Of a DNA stretch of 64,000 nt, positions 9,418 through 19,675 are shown one piece after another. Under the pieces are notes generated by a model. That model had not been told where the DNA came from, made no database searches, and was given only the letters and a program-made list of their open reading frames with translations. Source of the stretch: a virus (lineage: Duplodnaviria > Heunggongvirae > Uroviricota > Caudoviricetes); IMG/VR virus record IMGVR_UViG_3300017989_000062, positions 85,483-149,482 of that record, one strand, 5' to 3'. The first letter of the stretch is position 1; every line of letters begins with the position of its first letter. Made by a program: the position numbers and the translations under genes.

Positions 9418-9560
9418 CAACTTCTGTAACGGTCGGAATTTCGGATTATCGGAAAAACAAAGAACTAAAACCTGATTATTACTTTCTACTGATATTGGCT
9501 GGTCCATTGTATCATATCAGTGGGGCAATTGATTACTATTTTAGAGAGAGGAAAAGTTAA
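9375..9560 (+). CDS. Small membrane protein
   Basis: Strong GGGAGGAG RBS before MYILLIILWLGIGITT. Two predicted TM helices. Confidence 0.4.
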   Translation: MYILLIILWLGIGITTSVTVGISDYRKNKELKPDYYFLLILAGPLYHISGAIDYYFRERKS

Positions 9561-9877
9561 TGGCTAATGTTGATCTAGGACAAGATATGAATAAAGGTCT
9601 CCCAAAGACAGAAGAGGATCTAAAGAAACAAAAAATGATTTATATGAATATTCCAACGGTTACGATGCTGTTGTTGGATATTAAAGATTACGCTAACTGT
9701 CGGAGATATGTAAAAGCTCTAGTACAATCAATTCGAAACTCGATGTCCAAAAGAGAACTCAGAAAAGAGTTATTTAAAACATTCGGAGTCAAAACTTTGA
9801 AAAAAATGAAGGCACTCAAACCAAAAGAATTTGAACTATTAAAACAAGTTTATGGCGACGATATATGGGGAGAATAA
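9560..9877 (+). CDS. Hypothetical protein
   Basis: ORF sits between the Mre11-like and Rad50-like genes, as the small gene does in T4-like modules. Confidence 0.4.
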   Translation: MANVDLGQDMNKGLPKTEEDLKKQKMIYMNIPTVTMLLLDIKDYANCRRYVKALVQSIRNSMSKRELRKELFKTFGVKTLKKMKALKPKEFELLKQVYGDDIWGE

Positions 9878-9878
9878 A

Positions 9879-12059
9879 ATGAAACAAGTTTTCTTCCAAA
9901 AGATTGGAATGAAGAACTTCTGTAATCATATTGACCCCGTTGAGATCACCATGGTAAACGGACAACTTGTGTTGGTTACTGGTCCAAATGGTTCCGGAAA
10001 AACTTCAATGTTTCAAGCTTTACCTTACGCGTTATATGGACAATGTGAGAAGGGTAGAGGAGAAGATGTTTTAAATGACAAAACACGAAAAAATTGTCAT
10101 GTGTGGGTTGAATTTCTAATAGGAGATGACACATACCGTGTTGATAGATATGTAAAGTATACAAGACTTGGTAATACGGTAACTCTCAAAAAGAATGATG
10201 TTGTGACTCATAAAGGTCATAAAGAGGTTGTTCCTGAAATTGAAAATCTTCTTGTGCCTTATAAACTGTTCACTAATACTCTACTATTCGGACAGAAAGT
10301 AAAAACCTTCTTTACCGATTTAACTGATTCAGAACAGAAGGAAATTTTCAGAAGAATACTGAAACTTGATGATTATGTTTTGTATTACAAAGAAGCAGCG
10401 GATCGTTTCAAAGCAGTTGATGACTTAATACAAAGAACTGTTAATCAAATTTCTGTGCAAACTAGTTTGATTACAACAACTGCGGCTCAAATCGAAGCTC
10501 AGAAGGAAGAAGAAAGAAAATATTATGAGACACAGGAGAAGGAACTAAAAGATCTCCAAATTATCAACTCGATGCTTCAGACTAAAGTTTCTGACCTTGA
10601 GAGGAATTTAGAAAATACAGCAATTGCTGAAGCTCAGTTACAAACTATTTCTGAGTTACTAACTGAAGCATCAAGGGAGTATGCATCTCTTGTTGCTGAG
10701 CTGAATGATCAGAAACAAAAGATTCAAACCAGAGCTGAAGCAACAAAAGCTGGTATGGATAAGGATGCTGAGCAGGCGAAAAGAGAAATTATTCAGTCTA
10801 ATCAAAAGAAGCAGGAGGAAATTACAAGCCGATTTGGGGAAAAGATTAGAGATATTGAATCTCAAATATCCCTTATCACTTCAGATCGTCATGAACTGGA
10901 AGTTGTAACAGCTTCCCAGTATAGTGATATTAAAGGGTTTGAAACTCAAATAAGTGATTTGAGGATCGATCCAAAAATGATAGTATGTCCAACATGTCAC
11001 CAGAAAATTACAAAAGAATGTGTTGGTCATATTGATGAAAAAATAAACCAAATTCAAAGAAAAATACTTGCGACTAAAACGGCAATAGAAACAAATGAAG
11101 AGGCTCATAAGCGATCTACGTTGGAGATAGAACTTTTAGAAACAAAGAAACAAAAACTTGAGTCAGATCGAGATGAAGAGTATGAGCTTAATAATGAAGA
11201 CGAAACAAACATGTTGGTTGGCATTCAAGAGCGTTTAACAGCAGCTCATGGAAAATTAGCCACGATGGTGAAAGAAGCTGAAGCTGACTGGGAAAGGACA
11301 ATGAAGGACAAGGAAGTAAACCTTGGAGCTCAGATAATTTCCCTGACAGATCAGAGAGATCAGTTACAAAAGATAGTAAATGAAAGAAACATCAAGCATG
11401 ATGAATTACAAGCTGTGAAAGTAGAGCTTGCAACCAATCAAGAATCTGCAGCGAATCTTAAGAAACAAGAGTTTAATAAAACGCTGATAGAATCTTTAGA
11501 AATAAAGTTAGAAGAATTAAAAGTCCAGGTTCAATCATTAACGGACTCTCGTGTAGGCTTGGATCGAGAAAATACAATGCTCAAATTCTGGAAGGGTGGG
11601 TTTTCTCCATCTGGAATACAGTCGATGTTGATAGATGAAGCAATTCCATTTATGAATGATAAAATTGCTGCATATATGTATCAGTTGTCAAATGGGAGAT
11701 ACTCTGTAACATTTGATACATTGAAAGCAACCAAGGCTGGTGAGTTTAGAGATAAAATATCGGTTGATGTATTTGATAATACAACTCATGCGGATGCAAG
11801 AATCAAGTTGTCAGGAGGACAAGAGCGAATTGTTGATATTGGTACTATCCTCACTTTATGTGATTTGCAAAGTATGATTCAAGATGTGGAATTTAATCTC
11901 TTGCTCTTTGATGAGATATTCGATGCTCTTGATGATGAAAACATTGGGTTTGTTGCAAATCTCATTAAAATGGTATCAAAGAACAAATGGGTTGGTGTCA
12001 TTTCACATCGTCATATAGATCAGATTGAAGCAGATGAGGTTTTAAGCTTCAGGGGGTGA
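9879..12059 (+). CDS. Rad50/SbcC-like ATPase (T4 gp46-like)
   Basis: Walker A 'GPNGSGKTS' (9982-10008). Long coiled-coil. Zinc-hook 'CPTCHQ' (10987-11004). ABC signature 'LSGGQER'. Walker B 'LLLFDEIFDALD'. Confidence 0.85.
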   Translation: MKQVFFQKIGMKNFCNHIDPVEITMVNGQLVLVTGPNGSGKTSMFQALPYALYGQCEKGRGEDVLNDKTRKNCHVWVEFLIGDDTYRVDRYVKYTRLGNTVTLKKNDVVTHKGHKEVVPEIENLLVPYKLFTNTLLFGQKVKTFFTDLTDSEQKEIFRRILKLDDYVLYYKEAADRFKAVDDLIQRTVNQISVQTSLITTTAAQIEAQKEEERKYYETQEKELKDLQIINSMLQTKVSDLERNLENTAIAEAQLQTISELLTEASREYASLVAELNDQKQKIQTRAEATKAGMDKDAEQAKREIIQSNQKKQEEITSRFGEKIRDIESQISLITSDRHELEVVTASQYSDIKGFETQISDLRIDPKMIVCPTCHQKITKECVGHIDEKINQIQRKILATKTAIETNEEAHKRSTLEIELLETKKQKLESDRDEEYELNNEDETNMLVGIQERLTAAHGKLATMVKEAEADWERTMKDKEVNLGAQIISLTDQRDQLQKIVNERNIKHDELQAVKVELATNQESAANLKKQEFNKTLIESLEIKLEELKVQVQSLTDSRVGLDRENTMLKFWKGGFSPSGIQSMLIDEAIPFMNDKIAAYMYQLSNGRYSVTFDTLKATKAGEFRDKISVDVFDNTTHADARIKLSGGQERIVDIGTILTLCDLQSMIQDVEFNLLLFDEIFDALDDENIGFVANLIKMVSKNKWVGVISHRHIDQIEADEVLSFRG

Positions 12060-12114
12060 CGATATGTTTTTACGAGCTAAGTACCCATGTCATAGAGTAG
12101 TCATTGGGATAGCA

Positions 12115-12147
12115 AACGGGATTATTCTTTCAATCCCGTTTTGGGCG
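12115..12147 (+). terminator. Rho-independent terminator candidate after the Rad50-like gene
   Basis: 9-bp stem AACGGGATT/AATCCCGTT with an 8-nt loop, followed by TTTTGGG. Confidence 0.45.
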
Positions 12148-12184
12148 TTGGTGTTATGGTTGATATTCAAGTGAAGGAGAAAAT

Positions 12185-13231
12185 ATGGATAAAATTCAGA
12201 TTGTTAGTTGGTTGCTCACCAGGCGTTGTAATTTGAGATGTTCTTACTGTGCCCTCGTTCGAAATTACAAACATATGCCAGAAAAGTATCCTCAAATGAA
12301 ACACTATCATCAACATGAGATGTCAACAGAATATGTGATTGAGGTTCTTGGTAAATTGAAGGAGCATAATCCGAATGTTTTCAATATCTTATATGGCGGC
12401 GAACCGCTTCTAAGAAAAGATTTGGCTAAGATTGTGAATTTCTGTAATGATAATGACATTCATTATACAATCATCTCAAATAATACTGAAGAGATTCAGC
12501 CATTGCTTGATGCGTTAATGGATGATGTGGAATACATTAATGGCTATACAGCATCAGTGGACCCAGTTATTGTAATGGATCCGGCAAACGTTGATCCTTA
12601 TCGTTTGGACAAAAGTCTTGCTGGTTATGCAAAACTGGTAGCTTTAAAGAAACTATTTGGATCGGATTATGTAAAAGACCCAGTAGCGGAAATCACTGTT
12701 GACAATGAGTCAGTTCCTTATCTCCACAAACTAGTCTCTTTGCTGACTGAAAATGAGATTAGTAGCGACATCACATTTGTGGATATTGCAAAGAGTCCTT
12801 ACTATGACTTCTCAAATGTTAGTGATGAGAGTCAGTTGGTTCATAGATCTGATGAACTGAGCATTCAATTTGATAAAATCATCGATGACAAATTGGATGT
12901 TCATATGGCGGACAAACTCTTGCCGGCAATGTGGAAAATTCTTCCAGCAGATATGGATTGTGAAATTGAACGTAATGTTCATAATATGACCATTGATGCT
13001 GATGGTACTGTGAGGTTGTGTTTGAGGATTCGAGGAACAGCAACTCCGACGTTAAAAGCAATCGACGCATTTACCCCAACTGGATTAAATCCTATTCTTA
13101 AGGAGCATCTCAAACGGGATAAGGAACGTTATTGTCGAGGATGCAACTGGACCTGTATGTTAATGTCCCAAATACTCATGAAACAAAGTCATTTGTATCG
13201 TGAATTAGTGCACACCGAGAGGAGAAAATGA
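12185..13231 (+). CDS. Radical SAM enzyme with a C-terminal Cys cluster (SPASM/twitch-like); anSME/peptide-maturase-like
   Basis: 'CNLRCSYC' (Cx3Cx2C, 12228-12251), 'GGEPLL', and C-terminal 'YCRGCNWTC'. At 348 aa it is longer than QueE. Confidence 0.7.
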   Translation: MDKIQIVSWLLTRRCNLRCSYCALVRNYKHMPEKYPQMKHYHQHEMSTEYVIEVLGKLKEHNPNVFNILYGGEPLLRKDLAKIVNFCNDNDIHYTIISNNTEEIQPLLDALMDDVEYINGYTASVDPVIVMDPANVDPYRLDKSLAGYAKLVALKKLFGSDYVKDPVAEITVDNESVPYLHKLVSLLTENEISSDITFVDIAKSPYYDFSNVSDESQLVHRSDELSIQFDKIIDDKLDVHMADKLLPAMWKILPADMDCEIERNVHNMTIDADGTVRLCLRIRGTATPTLKAIDAFTPTGLNPILKEHLKRDKERYCRGCNWTCMLMSQILMKQSHLYRELVHTERRK

Positions 13232-13782
13232 AATATAAAGTGAGTGAAGTCACGAATTCTTCATCAACTTCATTCTTGATGGCATTTGCAGGAAACCACA
13301 TTGGTCTGTATAAAGCAATGCTCAAATATGAAGACCATTTTAGTTTAGAAAATGACTACTGGGAGGGCGGAAAATCCACTATTGATGTATGGGATGTTAT
13401 TCAAGCGTTAGATGGAGCAATTAAATCTAATCCAGAGCAGTTATGGTTAAGACCAGAAATCAAAACGATAGATGAAGCCATCAAAGGTTTGGAGGAAGAT
13501 GCAGCATCGTGGAAAAACCAAATCCGAGAATCAGCAGAAGAAGACAAATCTGGAGATGTCACATTTGATTGGGAAAAGGAAGCTCTCCGAAAGGCAATAA
13601 GTACTCTTCACCTTTTACAAAAGGGAAAGGAGCGAGGACTCACTTCGGTTATAAAAGTTGGATTTGGTGATAATCATGGTGAAATTTCCGGAGATATTGT
13701 TGGTTGTACAATGGATTATCGTGGCCGTCATATTCGGATAGATGAATCTGATTTTATCGTAGTAACGGAGCAAAATCGATGA
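13228..13782 (+). CDS. Tag-family member B (MKYKVSEVTNSSSTSF...), acidic
   Basis: Conserved N-terminal 16-mer. Immediately downstream of the radical SAM gene with a 4-nt overlap. Confidence 0.6.
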   Translation: MKYKVSEVTNSSSTSFLMAFAGNHIGLYKAMLKYEDHFSLENDYWEGGKSTIDVWDVIQALDGAIKSNPEQLWLRPEIKTIDEAIKGLEEDAASWKNQIRESAEEDKSGDVTFDWEKEALRKAISTLHLLQKGKERGLTSVIKVGFGDNHGEISGDIVGCTMDYRGRHIRIDESDFIVVTEQNR

Positions 13783-14387
13783 AATACAAGTCGAGTGAGG
13801 TGACGAATTCATCCAGTACCAGTTTTGTAATATCAGCATATGCATCTGGGTTTGTTATGGGTATTCCCCATGATGATTTATTTATGTGGGTGGAAAAATT
13901 TTGGCCTACTGCTATCCCAAAATCATTTCTATCAATTGGTACAGAAGAGATAACAGTAGAGTTGTTGATTGAAAATTTCGATGAGGACTGGCCGGATAAC
14001 GATGGTGTTGTTTTAGTGAACTTAACCAAGGCTACAAGGAGGGTTGGTTCGACACTTTCTAAAATTGAACCGGTAACTCAAGTTATAATGCAAGCTACTG
14101 GTCCTGTTACAATAAGGGCTAAACAAAAGATTACATTTAACAAACTCCGTAATTTATATACACAAGTTTGTGAACATTGTCTGGTTGGTGATGGAGAGGG
14201 AGAATTATACTATTCTCAACAACCAGTAGATTTTTCTGGTGATGGTTGGGATGGTGGTGACCCAATGGGCGATTACGCTTATACTGACGATTGTAAAGTT
14301 GCAGAATCAATACTCACTAAGATTATATGTGTAAAACGTGACGGAGTTATAAAAATGGGGGAGGAACGGAAAGATGGCAACACCTGA
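13779..14387 (+). CDS. Tag-family member C (MKYKSSEVTNSSSTSF...), acidic
   Basis: Conserved N-terminal 16-mer. In tandem with member B with a 4-nt overlap. Confidence 0.6.
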   Translation: MKYKSSEVTNSSSTSFVISAYASGFVMGIPHDDLFMWVEKFWPTAIPKSFLSIGTEEITVELLIENFDEDWPDNDGVVLVNLTKATRRVGSTLSKIEPVTQVIMQATGPVTIRAKQKITFNKLRNLYTQVCEHCLVGDGEGELYYSQQPVDFSGDGWDGGDPMGDYAYTDDCKVAESILTKIICVKRDGVIKMGEERKDGNT

Positions 14388-14709
14388 TGATGTAATAACG
14401 AGCGCAACTGCGTTCTTTTCAAAGGTAAAGGAGGAAGATCGTGTCACCATAAAGTTTGTGAAGAAAGATGGAACAGAGAGGACAATGAAATGTACTCTTA
14501 ATTTTAATCATGTTCCATTGTCTAAACGACCGAAAGATGTAAACGTGGCAAAGATTCTTACACGATTGAACAAACATGGGATTATTAACGTATATGATCT
14601 CGAGAAGCAAGATTGGCGTAGTGTGCCGTTTAAACAAGTTCAATGGTTAGAGACAGGTGAAGAAAATCAAGTTGATCGAAAGAGGTTTAGAATACAACCA
14701 CCGAGGTGA
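14374..14709 (+). CDS. Hypothetical protein
   Basis: ORF in the operon; no recognisable motif. Confidence 0.4.
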   Translation: MATPDDVITSATAFFSKVKEEDRVTIKFVKKDGTERTMKCTLNFNHVPLSKRPKDVNVAKILTRLNKHGIINVYDLEKQDWRSVPFKQVQWLETGEENQVDRKRFRIQPPR

Positions 14710-15287
14710 AAATGAAATTCGTAACAGCAGATTACCATTTAGGACATCATGGTATTATTGAAAGTTGCGATCGACCTTTTACACAAATTAGACATATGGA
14801 TAGCGCGATCATCAGAAATCATAACAAAGTAGTTGGTGATAATGATGATGTATACATTCTTGGGGATTTCTCCATGATGACAAAAAGACATCGCGGAACT
14901 ATTGAAGGATATGTCAGTAAGTTGAAAGGCCGAAAACATCTGATTATGGGAAACCATGATGTAAAAGACCCATGGTTTTGGATAGACATGGGATTCTGGT
15001 CAGTTCATGCACCATATTTTGAACTTGAAGATTTTATTCTCGTACATGATCCTGCTCTGTCTCAAGTCTGGACAAACAAGTGGTTTCTTTGTGGGCATAT
15101 ACATACTCTATTTTACATGCAGCGAAATTGTCTGAATGTTGGAGTGGACATGCATAATTTTACACCACTAACAATAGAACAAGTGAGGGATCAAATTCAA
15201 AGATATGAGGATGGAGAACGTTATACAGCAAGAAAGTGGTTGCAGAATATGAAAAGAGAACGAGAAAGGAGTATAATGCATGGTTAG
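14706..15287 (+). CDS. Calcineurin-like metallophosphoesterase / Ser-Thr phosphatase-like
   Basis: 'ADYHLGHH' (DxH), 'ILGDFS' (GD) and 'GNHD' motifs. Confidence 0.65.
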   Translation: MKMKFVTADYHLGHHGIIESCDRPFTQIRHMDSAIIRNHNKVVGDNDDVYILGDFSMMTKRHRGTIEGYVSKLKGRKHLIMGNHDVKDPWFWIDMGFWSVHAPYFELEDFILVHDPALSQVWTNKWFLCGHIHTLFYMQRNCLNVGVDMHNFTPLTIEQVRDQIQRYEDGERYTARKWLQNMKRERERSIMHG

Positions 15288-15669
15288 AAAAGACTTAGCC
15301 ATCGCATCCTTAGAAGTGGACCCAAAAGAAGGAAAATTATGGTTAAACACATCAAGGTGTATTTTACGTATCACTAATTTACAATTCACTGGTGAGATAA
15401 AAGAGCAGTTTGACATGCTTGAAATAAACGGTAGTGAAGGTTATATGGTTAGTGATGCAATGCCAGTAGATGAATCTGATGATCTCATGACATTCTTGAT
15501 GAATACAGCCAATTTTCTTCAATCAGAAATAAACCACAATAAACATATACTTGATAAGGGTGCGTTTTTAGACAGAATGCTTACTACCATGAGACAATTA
15601 GTTGATACAGATTATCGAGATGAAGGGAGCGATGATGGGAATATTAGAGCAACTGTTGTCAGAGATTGA
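15280..15669 (+). CDS. Hypothetical protein
   Basis: ORF only. Confidence 0.35.
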   Translation: MVRKDLAIASLEVDPKEGKLWLNTSRCILRITNLQFTGEIKEQFDMLEINGSEGYMVSDAMPVDESDDLMTFLMNTANFLQSEINHNKHILDKGAFLDRMLTTMRQLVDTDYRDEGSDDGNIRATVVRD

Positions 15670-15997
15670 AGATAAAGAACTTGATCAAAAAGTTAAGAAG
15701 CTTTGTGATCAAATAACAGACGAAGAAAGAGGCAAAGAAGAGTATACTGGTCCTGAAGGTCCGAATATTTTCCTATCACTTGAAGCCAGGACAACGGACA
15801 AAGAAGAGTTCTTTCTGACTCTTGAACGAGAGGAGGCTGAAAAATATATAGTGTGCTTTTACGCAAGATTTGTTGCAAGTCCTACAGGTCCGAGAAAACC
15901 CTTGAAAAGAATCAATTCATGGGAAGTCAAGGATGATAGAGCCAATAAGATTGTAAGGATGTTTGCGGAAAAGCTCAAATATGTTAGAGGTGAGTGA
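15632..15997 (+). CDS. Hypothetical acidic protein
   Basis: ORF; likely start at MMGILEQLL after a GAAGGGA RBS. Confidence 0.35.
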   Translation: MMGILEQLLSEIEDKELDQKVKKLCDQITDEERGKEEYTGPEGPNIFLSLEARTTDKEEFFLTLEREEAEKYIVCFYARFVASPTGPRKPLKRINSWEVKDDRANKIVRMFAEKLKYVRGE

Positions 15998-16017
15998 TTT
16001 CGAAAGGAGATCGAATT

Positions 16018-18531
16018 ATGATGGAAGAAATCGTGTTAAACGATTATTACGCGAGTCTTGTGATAAGCGCTGAACGAGAAGGGAATGATCCTACGTTTAC
16101 TCCATATCGGAGAAGACGAATAATAAAGATGGATGAGTTTAATCAAAGATTTGGAGAGGCAACAAATCAAGCAGGAATGATTTTGCCACAAAATACTCGA
16201 TATGTTGAACGTGTGGGTCGTCAAGGTTTACTCCTTGTTATTGAGGAATCTCCAAGAGTTCGGACCGTTAATGTTGAGATGGATATGGTTGGAACAATAG
16301 AGAAGCTCAAAATCACTGGACATTTGAAAGAGTATGGGTATGAAAACTGGTTAGAGGAGAATAAAAAAATACCATACAAATTTCGGCTTGCATTTCCTTA
16401 CATTGTATATGTGATGTTTATGGATGGAGGTTCATTAGTATCAGCTCATCCATATTACAGATTACACCCATTAACCTCTTTAGAAGATTATCTTCTTAAA
16501 CCAAATCTTCCAAATATCGGTAGTGGTGGGGCACTATGTCTTGGCTCGAATCCTCAAGATGGACATACAAAGAATCCATTTGAAGCGGCAAATGTTGCTC
16601 TTGAGAAATTCTGGGTAAATGCCTTTAATACAGATTATGCCTCAAGATATACTTCATATGATAAAATACCTTTTGTATCCGACTGGTTAACGTGGCAATA
16701 TCATACAATTCAGGATCCAATGTTTATCTATTCAGTGCCTTGGATTAAAGAACCAAAGATCTTGATAGATGCAATTAAGGATGTTATTGAAAGAGATCGA
16801 AGATATGGTACAGGTGTGGCATTAAGTTTTGACTCGTTGAGAAGCATTTTTACAAAACGAGTTCCTTCAAAAGATGACCCTATGTTTTATCATAATGTGA
16901 CTGAATCGGTTATCGTGGGTAGTGCGACGCTGGCGATTGGGGATGAAGTAGAATACCAAAAGAAACCTTACTATGTTCACTCGTTTTCTGGTAAACGACT
17001 TTGCCGTCCTGTTTCTGTCAATCTTGAAGATGATGAGGGTAATATCAAAGAAGTAAATCTTACTGCATCAACAGAAAAACAATTTGAGAAACAACTTCTT
17101 GGAGAGAAGCGACTGAAATATGTAACAGTTCAAGACCAAGAAGTGTCAGTTGGAGATATTCTGGTATTAAGTTATCCAGAAAATGCGTATCGTAAAGTAT
17201 CAAAAATACGACAAGGTAGAGATGGTAAAATTGAGGTACAATGTAATCAAACTGATTACTATCTTCTTGAGAACTTAAAATTTTCTCGATTTACTGATAA
17301 CCTAATTAACATAGATGGAGTTGAGGTTGGGAAGGATGAAGAGGTTTATCTCCTTGATATACATAACAGTTCCTCGAATCCTCTATGCGTTGGATCAAAA
17401 GTTGTTTTCTGTGGATTTTCGGATACAAGGGATGGAGTTCTTATTGGTGAGTTTAAAGATGTTGATACTGACCAGCCAGAAATCCATAGTGTTCGACTTC
17501 AGAATAGCTCAAAACGTTTGGTGAAGATGGAGGATATGTATATTCCACCAGTATATCGAATATTCTGTAATTTACATACCAATACTCCACGAGATACCCC
17601 TCAGTATCCTTTGATGAGAAAATATGGGTCTTTGACTCCACGTAGAGGCACAGAGGGTAACAGATACCATCAGGCATATGCCACAAAGAAAATCTTATCT
17701 GAAGATAAATCAGAACTTCATATTCCCGGGTTTGATATTGATATCAACTTTAAAGTTGGGGATAGTGTTGTGATCTCAGATTGGGAACATCCTTTGGAGA
17801 TGTTAAAGGTTAGAACCATTCAATCTTTTACAATAGAAGGATCGGCGTTGTTTGTCAATACAATTACCGCGAAGGGAGTTGAACGAAAAGATCTGTATAT
17901 TAACCTTATAACTGGGTGTATTTGGACTGGCACAATTCGTCATATAATGCCAGAATTTGGTGGAATAAAGGCTGGAGATAAAATACGAGCAAATACTCCT
18001 GGTATTACAATGTTCCCGAAGAAAGACACAAACACAGTTATTGGTTTCTTATCGGATTGTGGTGAAGATCATTATCCACTGATGTTGTGTTCTAACTGTT
18101 GTACACAATGGGCAAGTCCTGCAGGTCTAAGTCGATTTGATGTTATCAGAAGAGGAACTCCTCAGTGGATGAAAGCTAAAAATGCCCCAATACAAATAAG
18201 TAAAATCAAATATCAATGTGGAGATATGGTTTGTAGTTTGAATGACTCACCGCAATTTTATGTAGGAGTATATCATAAATACGGTGGAGAAGTTAGAATG
18301 ACCGATCTCAGACAATGGGGTACAGGATATTATAACGATATTACTGAATACACTCGTGAACGTTGGAGAAGAGTAGGATTCATATCTCCTCGTTATCAAC
18401 AAAGAGTGTTGGGTGAGTTAAGACGCAGACAAAAAGCGGGGTTTTCAAATCTACATAACGGTTTTACTCCATATCCAACAACAGAAAATCGATACAGGGA
18501 GGACTGGGATTATGTTCAATGTCTGGATTAA
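16018..18531 (+). CDS. Large (about 837 aa) protein of unknown function heading the JAB/E1/E2 operon; contains a possible divergent UBC-like motif
   Basis: AAGGAG RBS before MMEEIVLN. 'VYVMFMDGGSLVSAHPYYRLHP...IGSGGALCLGS' (about 16440-16560) loosely resembles the E2 HPN...G.ICL core. Confidence 0.45.
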   Translation: MMEEIVLNDYYASLVISAEREGNDPTFTPYRRRRIIKMDEFNQRFGEATNQAGMILPQNTRYVERVGRQGLLLVIEESPRVRTVNVEMDMVGTIEKLKITGHLKEYGYENWLEENKKIPYKFRLAFPYIVYVMFMDGGSLVSAHPYYRLHPLTSLEDYLLKPNLPNIGSGGALCLGSNPQDGHTKNPFEAANVALEKFWVNAFNTDYASRYTSYDKIPFVSDWLTWQYHTIQDPMFIYSVPWIKEPKILIDAIKDVIERDRRYGTGVALSFDSLRSIFTKRVPSKDDPMFYHNVTESVIVGSATLAIGDEVEYQKKPYYVHSFSGKRLCRPVSVNLEDDEGNIKEVNLTASTEKQFEKQLLGEKRLKYVTVQDQEVSVGDILVLSYPENAYRKVSKIRQGRDGKIEVQCNQTDYYLLENLKFSRFTDNLINIDGVEVGKDEEVYLLDIHNSSSNPLCVGSKVVFCGFSDTRDGVLIGEFKDVDTDQPEIHSVRLQNSSKRLVKMEDMYIPPVYRIFCNLHTNTPRDTPQYPLMRKYGSLTPRRGTEGNRYHQAYATKKILSEDKSELHIPGFDIDINFKVGDSVVISDWEHPLEMLKVRTIQSFTIEGSALFVNTITAKGVERKDLYINLITGCIWTGTIRHIMPEFGGIKAGDKIRANTPGITMFPKKDTNTVIGFLSDCGEDHYPLMLCSNCCTQWASPAGLSRFDVIRRGTPQWMKAKNAPIQISKIKYQCGDMVCSLNDSPQFYVGVYHKYGGEVRMTDLRQWGTGYYNDITEYTRERWRRVGFISPRYQQRVLGELRRRQKAGFSNLHNGFTPYPTTENRYREDWDYVQCLD

Positions 18532-19675
18532 TGATGGGACTACAGAGATGCCTTCCGACGATATTCTATACATTGTCTCAAAAGAAGGCATCTTCTTAAA
18601 GAAAAAACTAGGGTTGTTTGAAAGCATGGCTCCTGTAGACGGTATCAGTATTCTGAATGAGCTTGAATCTTATGCACATATGGATATTTACCAGATTCCA
18701 GGAAAGATGTTCTCTCAAGTTTTGTATTTCTTCATTGCTGTTCTCAAAGAATACAAAGGAGAAGCAAATGTTATTATTCATTATAATCAAACCACTGGAA
18801 ACTATAAGTTTGAAATACCAGAGCAAAAGGTTGCTCCAGCGGGAACTGCATATGAAAGTGAGGTGAGTTATAAAAACTTTGTAAGATTAGGAACAATTCA
18901 TAGTCATTGTAATTTCTCAGCTTTTCATTCTCCAACTGATAAGGGTGATGAAGCAACATGGGATGGTTTACATATTACCATCGGAGATATTTTTAAACCA
19001 GCCTTCTCATGTACGGCATCTATTGTAGCAAATGGAACAAGGTTTGTGGTCAATCCAACAGACTATGTTGAAGGGTTGGAGCTTACAGAAGTTGAAACAA
19101 TAACTAATCCTCAGTACGCTGCATATCTGGAAAGGGAAGGAAAGGAAATTCCAGAAACTATGATTAAAAAGACGCTTGGATATAAAATCAATGTTGATGC
19201 AAAAGGATATCCAGCCAAATGGATGTCCAGCATATCCAAGAAGGAATACAAACCTGTTGTATATGGCTCAAATGGAGATCGAAGATATGGACATTGGGGA
19301 CAATGGCATCGAGATGTTCGACAACCAGGACTTTTTGATGGTACTGGAAACACAGTATTTCCAGATCAATCAATGTTGATTCCAGATCCAGGAAAGTCAT
19401 ATTCTGATCTTCTCTTTCGACAGTTTGGGGGAACGGAATGGAATCCCTGTGAGGAATGTCCTTATAAGAATCACAAGGTTGATTTACTTATGGAATCTAT
19501 TCTAGAAGAGCTTGATCTAGATGACGACCAACTTGAAAAACTTGGTTTTGAGGTTGATGATGAACAAACTGAACTGAATAGTGACGAACCTCATAACTAT
19601 ATTCCAGAGCATTATCAACAAGAAGGGTTTAGGACACCTGAAGAAGCCATTAACGGAGGTGTGCATGAGGATTAA
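18512..19675 (+). CDS. JAB/MPN+ (JAMM) metalloprotease, deubiquitinase-like
   Basis: Exact JAMM signature HxHx7Sx2D in 'HSHCNFSAFHSPTD' (about 18893-18934), with an upstream Glu. Confidence 0.65.
   Translation: MFNVWINDGTTEMPSDDILYIVSKEGIFLKKKLGLFESMAPVDGISILNELESYAHMDIYQIPGKMFSQVLYFFIAVLKEYKGEANVIIHYNQTTGNYKFEIPEQKVAPAGTAYESEVSYKNFVRLGTIHSHCNFSAFHSPTDKGDEATWDGLHITIGDIFKPAFSCTASIVANGTRFVVNPTDYVEGLELTEVETITNPQYAAYLEREGKEIPETMIKKTLGYKINVDAKGYPAKWMSSISKKEYKPVVYGSNGDRRYGHWGQWHRDVRQPGLFDGTGNTVFPDQSMLIPDPGKSYSDLLFRQFGGTEWNPCEECPYKNHKVDLLMESILEELDLDDDQLEKLGFEVDDEQTELNSDEPHNYIPEHYQQEGFRTPEEAINGGVHED

Noticed and set aside
12185-13231. Calling the radical SAM protein QueE (7-carboxy-7-deazaguanine synthase)
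   Set aside because: It is about 100 aa longer than QueE, has a C-terminal Cys cluster typical of SPASM/twitch enzymes, and lacks the obvious QueE Cx14Cx2C variant. It is kept as a generic rSAM/SPASM.
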